A stretch of 38,398 bases of DNA. It comes from Promethearchaeati archaeon (GTDB lineage: Archaea; Asgardarchaeota; Heimdallarchaeia; JABLTI01). Made by a program: the position numbers and the translations under genes. Under the pieces are notes generated by a model, which saw only the letters and a list, made by a program, of their open reading frames with translations, was not told the DNA's origin and searched no databases. Location of the stretch: NCBI GenBank assembly GCA_013166835.1, contig JABLTI010000047.1, positions 1 through 38,398 of the forward strand, written 5' to 3'. Shown here piece after piece: positions 28,530 through 36,100 of the stretch (its first letter is position 1; every line of letters begins with the position of its first letter).

Positions 28530-29405
28530 CTATTTGTCGTTTCCCTCTGGGAATAATTCTACTTCTTCATCAGAAACGAATATTGTTACTAATTCTCTTG
28601 GTATTAACTCGAAATAGATGTTTTTCACTGTGAGTTTCTCTATGGTCGATTCATAGATCTCTTCTTTGGGTTTATCTGTAATTAATTCCTTGAGGTTTTC
28701 CGAAGCTGTTGTTGCGAATTTATTTGTGGATGCTGCTACAACGAATGGTTTCTGATAGTATTTGGCTATTAAGGCTAATTGGAATGATCCAATTTTATTG
28801 AGAATTGATCCATCTGGTAAAATTGTATCAGCACCAATAACAATCATATCTGCATCTTTTGCATAGTATCCTGCTGCTGCGTCAGCGATTAGTCTTACTT
28901 TAAATCCAAGTTCAGCTAATCTTTTTGCTAAGACTATTCCCTCTCTCTTTGGCCTTGATTCTAAGACATATACTCGTTTATCTATTGTATTCGCTGCTAA
29001 TTGCTTAAATGCATCTAGAATAGTTGTACTATAAGAAATCGTCATTATTGATTGGGCATTCGTCAAGATTTTCATGAGATTCGTACTTGTGATTTTTTCT
29101 TTAAACATAATTCTCTCATATATTACATCTATTAAATCCAAGTAATCGATTTTCTTTTTTATCCTGTGAGATTTCCCATCCTTGAGTAATTTAATTGCTA
29201 TTCTTATTGAAGCCATTTCTGGATGTATGGTTTCTAATTCTTCAATTAAGGCATTGAAATTTTTTACACCAGTCTCTTCTGTTCTCTCGACTTCTTTTCT
29301 GATTGCCTTTAGTATTTCAATTGTAAGATAGACAGCTCCATGGATAGTGTCTATTTTTATTTTCTCAATATCCCTTTGGAATTCCTTTGAAAGCATAATA
29401 CTCAC
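28530..29405 (-). CDS. eIF-2B alpha/beta/delta-family protein
   Basis: IHGA, HPEMASI, MTISYSTT, VLESRPKREG, IGADTI…NKIGS, NIYFE. Confidence 0.88.
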   Translation of the reverse strand: MSIMLSKEFQRDIEKIKIDTIHGAVYLTIEILKAIRKEVERTEETGVKNFNALIEELETIHPEMASIRIAIKLLKDGKSHRIKKKIDYLDLIDVIYERIMFKEKITSTNLMKILTNAQSIMTISYSTTILDAFKQLAANTIDKRVYVLESRPKREGIVLAKRLAELGFKVRLIADAAAGYYAKDADMIVIGADTILPDGSILNKIGSFQLALIAKYYQKPFVVAASTNKFATTASENLKELITDKPKEEIYESTIEKLTVKNIYFELIPRELVTIFVSDEEVELFPEGNDK

Positions 29406-29416
29406 AAATCACTTCT

Positions 29417-29995
29417 TTAGTTTATACTTTTCCCTATGACGTATATTTCTTCTAACCATTTTATTCTTTGCTCTTGACTCACATAATTGACTCTGAACAT
29501 TGTTTTATGCTGCCAATCCTCTATCCCACAATACTTCCAGGTATAAAAAATGCTTTTAGAAGTTACTTCATTAAATAGTTCTTTCTCCATTTCTTCAGTT
29601 GCATCAAAAGTTTGTATCAATATACCCTTCTTATTAAGTAGTTTCGGATCTGGCTTGTCATCTTCATAAGTAAATGCAAATCCTTCGGCTAAAACGCGAT
29701 CAAAGTATCCCTTCATGATTGCTGGAGCGCCGTACCACCAGGCAGGATTAATTAGTACTATAGTGTTTGCCCAGTCAATATCATGTTGAAAATTTAGTAT
29801 CGTTTCGTAATCAGTAAGTGTTTTTGGATCACCAATTAATTCGATTTTTGATAATATAGGATTGAAATTGCTAGAATATAGATCATGAATTCTAACGGTA
29901 TTTTTGTTTTCTTTTAATCCTTCTACTAACTTCTTTTTAATTGCTGAACAAAAACTCTCTTCGTTGGGATGAGCATAGATAATGAGAATATTCAT
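29417..29995 (-). CDS. Flavodoxin-fold NAD(P)H:quinone oxidoreductase family
   Basis: ILIIYAHPNEESF, DLYSSNFNP, PAWWYGAPAIMKGYFDRV. Confidence 0.9.
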   Translation of the reverse strand: MNILIIYAHPNEESFCSAIKKKLVEGLKENKNTVRIHDLYSSNFNPILSKIELIGDPKTLTDYETILNFQHDIDWANTIVLINPAWWYGAPAIMKGYFDRVLAEGFAFTYEDDKPDPKLLNKKGILIQTFDATEEMEKELFNEVTSKSIFYTWKYCGIEDWQHKTMFRVNYVSQEQRIKWLEEIYVIGKSIN

Positions 29996-30122
29996 ACATG
30001 TATTTATGAATCACTTACATTAAAATCATACTATCTCAATAATGGCATTCTTTATTATTATAGATAGAAATAGGAAACATTATATAAGAGACCTAGAAAA
30101 ACGATTAGTGAGGAAAAAAATC

Positions 30123-30269
30123 ATGACAAAGTATGTTTGTCACCGTTGTGGTAAAGTCGTAACTCCTGAAGAGCTAAACTTAATGCCTGGATCCAAATGT
30201 CCGGACTGTGGTCACAGAATTCTATTGAAAACTAGACCACCCATCATTAAGAAATTAAAAGCTAAATAA
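30123..30269 (+). CDS. rpoP: RNA polymerase subunit P (Rpo12)
   Basis: YVCHRCGK…KCPDCGHRILLKTRPP…KAK, 48 aa; start trimmed to ATG 30123 (GTGAGG upstream). Confidence 0.93.
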   Translation: MTKYVCHRCGKVVTPEELNLMPGSKCPDCGHRILLKTRPPIIKKLKAK

Positions 30270-30303
30270 TTTTTCATTTTTATAAAGAATTGAAAGAACA
30301 GAT

Positions 30304-31860
30304 TTACTCTGTACTTTCTTTTAATAGGTCTTCTAATTCTTTGAGTTCATATTCTCCTGTAAGCAGTAATACAATTGCATCTGAGAGTTCTTCTTGAGGT
30401 ACTCTTATTTGTTCCATTGTGTCTCTGTCTCTAATTGTTACTGTATCGTCTTGTAAGGTATCATAATCAATTGTTACGCAAAAAGGTGTTCCGATTTCAT
30501 CTGATCGAGCGTATCTCTTTCCGATTTTCCCGGTGCTATCAAATATGGTTTCAAATCCTTCAGATTTTAGTTCTTCAAATATCTCAAGAGCTTTCTCTTC
30601 TAACCCATCTTTTTTCATTAATGGACATACTTGAACATCATAAGGGGCAATTGTTGATGGAAATTGGAACCAAGTCCAGTCCCTATCATCAGTTTCTCGA
30701 TAGCAACTTTCAAGAACACAGTACAATGTCCTCCCAACACCGATGGATGGCTCTACAACAAAAGGAATAACATTTCCAGCTGTATGTTGAATGCCCATCT
30801 TGGTTTTACTAGCTTTCTCATGACTTGTCAAGTCGTGTTGTTGTCTGAACGCATTTCCTACAACTTCTGTCCACCCAATAGAGAGTTTTACCTCGAGATC
30901 GAAGTTCCCTCCGCTATAATGGGGAGTTTCTTTAGGCAACATATGTCTGAAACGGATTAATTCAGGGTTCACACCGACTTCTTCAAAGAGAATTTTTTCT
31001 TTTACTAAATAATAGGCCATAGCAGCATTAGGTAATATTTTCTTTTTCACTGCATCCACTGCTGAAATCAAAATTGGTTCTTCAATTCCTTTTGCTTGTT
31101 GGTCTCGAGTGAGTATTGGTAAAAGCTCATCGGCTAATTCTTCAAATCTTGGAGGATCATCTAGTTGGTCTTCCGCAAAAAAGACCTCTAGTTCCATCTG
31201 CTTGAATTCTCTAACTCGTATTATGAACTGTCTTGGAGAAATCTCATTACGATACACTTTGCCAACTTGAGCAATTCCAAAAGGTAGTTTTGCTCTCATG
31301 GCATGAGATATTCTTTTGAAACTCGTGAAGATATTCTGAGCAGTTTCTGGTCGAAGATATGCCACATTTCCAGACACAGAACCCACCTCTGTTTTCAACA
31401 TTAAATTAAACTCTCGAGCATTCATGAAATCTCCCTTACAATTTGGACACTTGAGCTTGTTCTTACTAATGATTTTATCAAGTTCTTCTGGAGGTAAACC
31501 ATCCGCATTCTGTTCGAGTTTATCCTCGATTATCTTATCAGCTCTAAACATAGACTTACAAGACTTGCATTGAACAAGTGGGTCATTGAATTTTGCCAAG
31601 TGACCTGAGGCTTCAAAGACTTTTTCCGGAATGATCAGAGATCCTTCCACCTCGAAATGGTTCTCATCTTTTACGAAATACTCGCGCCAGAAATTGATTA
31701 GTTTGAGTCTCATCAAAGTTCCTAGAGGACCATAATCAAATGCACCTGATAATCCGCCATAGATTTCCCCAGTGGGATAGGCTATTCCTCTGCGATATGA
31801 GACATCTTGAATCTTATCTAGTAAGGGTTGTTTTTTTTCAGAAATACTCGTTTCCTCCAA
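30304..31860 (-). CDS. glyS: Glycyl-tRNA synthetase (alpha2, archaeal/eukaryotic type)
   Basis: EIYGG…DYGPLG, YLRPETAQ, RNEISPRQ…RVREF.QME, VEPSIG, IGKRYARSDEIGTPF. Confidence 0.96.
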   Translation of the reverse strand: MEETSISEKKQPLLDKIQDVSYRRGIAYPTGEIYGGLSGAFDYGPLGTLMRLKLINFWREYFVKDENHFEVEGSLIIPEKVFEASGHLAKFNDPLVQCKSCKSMFRADKIIEDKLEQNADGLPPEELDKIISKNKLKCPNCKGDFMNAREFNLMLKTEVGSVSGNVAYLRPETAQNIFTSFKRISHAMRAKLPFGIAQVGKVYRNEISPRQFIIRVREFKQMELEVFFAEDQLDDPPRFEELADELLPILTRDQQAKGIEEPILISAVDAVKKKILPNAAMAYYLVKEKILFEEVGVNPELIRFRHMLPKETPHYSGGNFDLEVKLSIGWTEVVGNAFRQQHDLTSHEKASKTKMGIQHTAGNVIPFVVEPSIGVGRTLYCVLESCYRETDDRDWTWFQFPSTIAPYDVQVCPLMKKDGLEEKALEIFEELKSEGFETIFDSTGKIGKRYARSDEIGTPFCVTIDYDTLQDDTVTIRDRDTMEQIRVPQEELSDAIVLLLTGEYELKELEDLLKESTE

Positions 31861-32032
31861 TTATCGATGGGCTTCTTTGTTTTCTTTCTTGTTTTTTGCC
31901 AAAATATTAAGTTAAAAGCATTTTCTTTTTAACGGTTTTTTTATTACTAGTAACATTGTTTTTCAACAGTATAGTAAATCTTTTGATATGATTTTTCTGG
32001 ATTGAATACAGAATACTAAGGAATCAATTGAA

Positions 32033-32719
32033 ATGACAGAAAAGAAAGCAAAAACAAAAGCAGAAAAGAAAACTAAGAAAGAGAAGGTCGAAAAAGCTGA
32101 AGAAAAAGAAAAACCAGCGAAATTCAAGTTTGAGTGTCAAAAGTGTGGTGCGTGTTGTCAAAATCGCGATCCAATTCCAGTAACGTTTTCTGATCTAACA
32201 AGATGGACAAAACAAGGAAGCTTTATGTCAATTATTCTTCCTCATTTGGAACTCCGAGGTGTGAGTGAAGAAGATTCACTTGGTCAGCTTGCATTAATTC
32301 CTTATGTTAAAATGAAAGATGAAGATGAAAACAGCAAAGGTATTTGTCCATTTTATGATGAGGAAAATAAAATTTGTAACATCTATTTCACACTTCCGCT
32401 CTTCTGTAAAACCTTTCCACTTTACTTTAGTGGAGAAAAATACTATGTCTCTGATCCAACCTGTCCAGGTATAGGACAAGGGGATATGACAAAAGAAAAA
32501 TTACAAGATATGAGAAATACATCAGTTCAAGATTTCAATGAAAGAGCAGATACAACCATAGCATTGATACCATTGCAGGGATTATTTATTCGTCACTTCA
32601 TGAAACAATCACAAGATCAAATTGATAAAATGTCTGCTGAGGACAAAGACAAACTAGACGAGTTGCTCAAGAAATCTCAGAACGAAACCCCTCAAGATCC
32701 AGATGCAAAAGACAATTGA
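32033..32719 (+). CDS. YkgJ-family cysteine-cluster (CxxCxxCC) protein
   Basis: FECQKCGACC…CPFYD…CNIY…P..CKTFP…CPGIG. Confidence 0.88.
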   Translation: MTEKKAKTKAEKKTKKEKVEKAEEKEKPAKFKFECQKCGACCQNRDPIPVTFSDLTRWTKQGSFMSIILPHLELRGVSEEDSLGQLALIPYVKMKDEDENSKGICPFYDEENKICNIYFTLPLFCKTFPLYFSGEKYYVSDPTCPGIGQGDMTKEKLQDMRNTSVQDFNERADTTIALIPLQGLFIRHFMKQSQDQIDKMSAEDKDKLDELLKKSQNETPQDPDAKDN

Positions 32720-32729
32720 TTCTTTTAAT

Positions 32730-32753
32730 TGGAACATTTTTGTTCCATTTTTT
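32730..32753 (+). terminator. Hairpin + T-tract between convergent genes
   Basis: TGGAACA-TTTT-TGTTCCA-TTTTTT. Confidence 0.5.
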
Positions 32754-33791
32754 TCATTCTAAAACTTCTATTGAATCAATAGTTCCAACGCCATCCAAAT
32801 CATATCCTTCAACAACAGTCCTAAATTGCCCTTTTTTGTAACCTTTCAAGATTGTTTGCCAGTTTTTAGTTAATGCAATTATTGCTGCTTTTGTTCCTCG
32901 TCTTCCTTGTCCTGCAAAAGCTATGACTGTTTTAGAGGGATTGTATGGATTTGGAGTCTTGAAAATAATTCCCACATTATTTTGGGAATAGAAGGTTTTG
33001 GGGTCCTTAGATGTTATTCCTCTACCGAATCTTGCGTCGGGAGCAATACCTTGCATATGATTGTCGAAAGCAGGAATATCCAATTTTGTATTAATATCAT
33101 GAGTAACAAGATTTACAGCTGGACCTCCTACTAATATTAGGTTTTGATCTAAAGCCTTCTCAGCTCTGACCTCAACGTCTAGTTTTACGAATAGATCATC
33201 TGGGGTTACGAAAAGTTGCCCCATAAACATTGCCAAATAAATTGCATAATGACCATCTCGTGCCCAAGTTTTATGTGGACCATGAGTGTCAGGAGCACCA
33301 ACTACGATTAGACCATCAAATTTAGAATCTTTATAAAATTCTTTGAAGAATTTTTGCAGAGTATCATCAATTCTTGACTGACTGTTAAAGTGTAATCCCA
33401 TATCTTGAGAACTTAATTCGATCCCATACGCTTTCTCTGTAGTTTTATAGTAACGAGCTTTTGCTCCTCTGATTTCTTTTTCAAAAGCAATGGTTACTAA
33501 ACCTGCTTCTATTAATTGACGAATATGATAGTAGACTTTTTGCTCGTGTAAGCCCATCTCTCGAGCTATATCTGCTGGGAATTTAGGTTCCTTTGCTAAT
33601 TTTTGGAGAATGGTCCATCGAATATCATGTAGTATTGCTTTCATTTCATTTGGGTTTTTGAACATTAGTATGTCTTTAGCAGCATAACCATCTTTGGTTT
33701 TTGATACTATTTTTTTCTTCATTTTATTCGCAACCAATTTCATTGTTTCTTGAGAGTTGTTTCTTTTTGGTTTTCGGTAGATTATTTCCAA
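32754..33791 (-). CDS. ArsR-type HTH regulator with a C-terminal NLILVGGP (S-layer C-terminal-like) domain
   Basis: RWTILQKL…PADIAREMGLHEQKVYYHIRQLIEAGLV; IVVGAPDTHGPH…RDGHYA; NLILVGGPAVN; divergent from glmS. Confidence 0.8.
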   Translation of the reverse strand: MEIIYRKPKRNNSQETMKLVANKMKKKIVSKTKDGYAAKDILMFKNPNEMKAILHDIRWTILQKLAKEPKFPADIAREMGLHEQKVYYHIRQLIEAGLVTIAFEKEIRGAKARYYKTTEKAYGIELSSQDMGLHFNSQSRIDDTLQKFFKEFYKDSKFDGLIVVGAPDTHGPHKTWARDGHYAIYLAMFMGQLFVTPDDLFVKLDVEVRAEKALDQNLILVGGPAVNLVTHDINTKLDIPAFDNHMQGIAPDARFGRGITSKDPKTFYSQNNVGIIFKTPNPYNPSKTVIAFAGQGRRGTKAAIIALTKNWQTILKGYKKGQFRTVVEGYDLDGVGTIDSIEVLE

Positions 33792-34008
33792 TTATCTTCA
33801 TTTGATAAAATTAACTAACCATTATTAATTTTTTTATAATGGTTTATAATTGTAAAATATCATATTCATATGTATGAAAGAACAACCACTAATAATCTTT
33901 TCTCAGTGGTTCGAGCACAATTTTAGAATTGTTTTTAATGAAAAACAGCAGTGTAATTACTTACGCTTTGAAAAAACGGAATAAAGAAGATAATTAGAGG
34001 ATAATGCT

Positions 34009-35781
34009 ATGTGTGGTATAATAGGTTACATTGGTAAAAAAAGAGCTGCACCCATTTTATTTGATTCATTAAAGAAATTGGAATATCGGGGTTATGACAG
34101 TGTTGGTATAGCATCAATAAATGGTGATGCTGAGATTGAAATAAAAAAAGGAGCCGGGAGAATAGAGGCTGTTAATGAACGAATGAACTTCCTATCTGTA
34201 AATGGTTCTATTGGTATTGGTCATACTCGCTGGGCCACTCATGGAGGAGTGGAGGACAAAAATGCGCATCCATTTTTATCTTGTAATGGTCGATTTGCGC
34301 TTGTTCATAATGGAATACTAGAAAACTACCTCGAGTTAAAAGAGGATCTAGTAAAGAAAGGGCATACATTTACATCTGATACAGACACTGAAATTTTGGT
34401 TCATCTAGTTGAGGAAGAGGTGAAGAATAATGGGGAAAAAGATTTAGTAAAAATAATTTCAGATTTAACAAAAATTGCTAAAGGGGCATACACTTTCTTA
34501 TTATTAGATGCTAAAGATCACATTATCTATGCTTTTAGAAAAGACTCACCAATTATTATTGGAATTGGAGAAGATGAACTGTTTGCGTCCTCTGATATTA
34601 CTTCTTTCCTGGAACATACAAACAAAGTAATTATTTTAGAAAATAATCAACTTGCTGTTCTCAAAGAAAAGTATACAATTTATGATACTCAAACAGGAAA
34701 AGAAGTAAAACAGAAAATTACAACCATTGACTGGACTACTGAACAAGCAAGTAAAACTGGTTTTCCACATTTTATGTTGAAAGAGATTTTCGAAGAAGTT
34801 GAAATATCTAAACATTCTTTGGAACAAGATTCCCTAAAGCTAAATGGTATGATAGAGGTTTTATCTAAAGCGAAGAAGGTCTTCTTCCTCGGATCAGGAA
34901 CCTCCTTTCGGGCATGTTTACTTGCTTCAATATACTTTGCTAAGATTGCAAAGAAGCATTTTATGCCAATTCTTGGGTCTGAATACAAGACATATCAGAA
35001 TCTTGTGGACAAGGACACAGTAATATTTGCGATAAGTCAAAGTGGAGAAACTGCAGACGTTCTTCAAGGTATAACTCTTGCTAAAGCAAAAGGAGCTAGA
35101 GTCGTTTCATTGATTAATGTTATTGGTAGCACAATTATGAGAGAATCAGACCAATATCTCACGTTAAATTCTGGACCCGAAATCGCAGTAGCTTCTACCA
35201 AGGCATTTATTTCACAAGTATTAATCTTGACTTTACTGGCTTTCGGAGTAGCTGATAGATTGAAAGAAGGACGAGAACACTTGTATGAAGTTGTCAGAAA
35301 ACTCGAGAGTATAATGAACCAATCGGATTCTATTGCCATGCTATCTAAAGATGTTCTCAATAAGAATGATCTCTACCTTATTGGAAGAGGAGTTTCTTTT
35401 CCGATTGCAATGGAAGGTGAACTAAAAATAAAAGAAATCGCATACATTCATGCAGATGCTCTTGCTGGTGGGGAATTAAAGCATCACACTTTAGCATTAA
35501 TAGAACCGGGTGTTACTTGCATTGCGTTAGTTCCAAATGATGATACTAAAGATGACATGATTAACAACATTATGCAGATAAAAGCTCGAGGTGGGGAGAT
35601 AATCGGAATTTCATCAGAACACTTGGAGTTATTTGACCACTATATTCCCATTCCAAAAGTTCACCTCGAACCCCTTCTAATGATTCCAGTACTACAACTT
35701 ATCTCCTACTATCTCTCTGTCATCCGCGGAAATGATCCTGACTTCCCTAGAAACCTTGCTAAATCAGTTACTGTACTCTAA
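34009..35781 (+). CDS. glmS: Glutamine--fructose-6-phosphate aminotransferase
   Basis: MCGIIG, LEYRGYDS, GHTRWATHG, HNGI, SQSGETAD, VASTKAF, PRNLAKSVTV. Confidence 0.97.
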   Translation: MCGIIGYIGKKRAAPILFDSLKKLEYRGYDSVGIASINGDAEIEIKKGAGRIEAVNERMNFLSVNGSIGIGHTRWATHGGVEDKNAHPFLSCNGRFALVHNGILENYLELKEDLVKKGHTFTSDTDTEILVHLVEEEVKNNGEKDLVKIISDLTKIAKGAYTFLLLDAKDHIIYAFRKDSPIIIGIGEDELFASSDITSFLEHTNKVIILENNQLAVLKEKYTIYDTQTGKEVKQKITTIDWTTEQASKTGFPHFMLKEIFEEVEISKHSLEQDSLKLNGMIEVLSKAKKVFFLGSGTSFRACLLASIYFAKIAKKHFMPILGSEYKTYQNLVDKDTVIFAISQSGETADVLQGITLAKAKGARVVSLINVIGSTIMRESDQYLTLNSGPEIAVASTKAFISQVLILTLLAFGVADRLKEGREHLYEVVRKLESIMNQSDSIAMLSKDVLNKNDLYLIGRGVSFPIAMEGELKIKEIAYIHADALAGGELKHHTLALIEPGVTCIALVPNDDTKDDMINNIMQIKARGGEIIGISSEHLELFDHYIPIPKVHLEPLLMIPVLQLISYYLSVIRGNDPDFPRNLAKSVTVL

Positions 35782-35907
35782 ATCATTTCTTTTTTTATCT
35801 TCTATTTTACCTATAGTCAACATATAAAATAATAAAACAAAAAAATAATATTAAACAATCAAATATTTAATTAAATGATTGTTTATTGTTTTAAATCACT
35901 GCATTCA

Positions 35908-35922
35908 CGATAAGTTTATATA
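35908..35922 (+). promoter_or_regulatory. Archaeal BRE-TATA promoter of nrdR-nrdD
   Basis: CGATAAG-TTTATATA; would put the transcription start near 35945-35950. Confidence 0.6.
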
Positions 35923-35948
35923 TAAAATGTTCTGAACTTTATATCGAT

Positions 35949-35964
35949 ATACAAGATGTTGTGT
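35949..35964. promoter_or_regulatory. NrdR box 1
   Basis: ATACAAGATGTTGTGT matches consensus acaCwAtATaTwGtgt at 13/16, with all strongly conserved positions intact. Confidence 0.75.
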
Positions 35965-35979
35965 TTAGGGGAAAAAATA

Positions 35980-35995
35980 CCACTAGGAATGGTAT
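35980..35995. promoter_or_regulatory. NrdR box 2 (degenerate)
   Basis: CCACTAGGAATGGTAT keeps caCTA…aT.Gt.t; starts 31 bp after box 1 (15-bp spacer), the usual tandem NrdR-box spacing. Confidence 0.55.
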
Positions 35996-36100
35996 GCTCT
36001 GGTTAGTACCAGAACCACTTTAAATAGCCTAGAATGGGTGCCAATCCCCGAAAAAATGACCAAAAGAGGTCAAAACAGAAATTTAGCCGGAAGAAAAACG

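Noticed and set aside
30042-30122. N-terminal extension of Rpo12 in the ORF track
   Set aside because: Covers the TATA-like TTATATAA and SD; family-typical sequence starts at ATG 30123
33792-34008. glmS ribozyme
   Set aside because: AT-rich spacer without the conserved ribozyme core or pairing
1433-35360. Many 60-130 aa ORFs overlapping identified genes
   Set aside because: Antisense or off-frame shadows of well-supported CDSs with no motifs
36015-36030. Possible third NrdR box CCACTTTAAATAGCCT
   Set aside because: Weak match and 35-bp offset from box 2, out of helical phase
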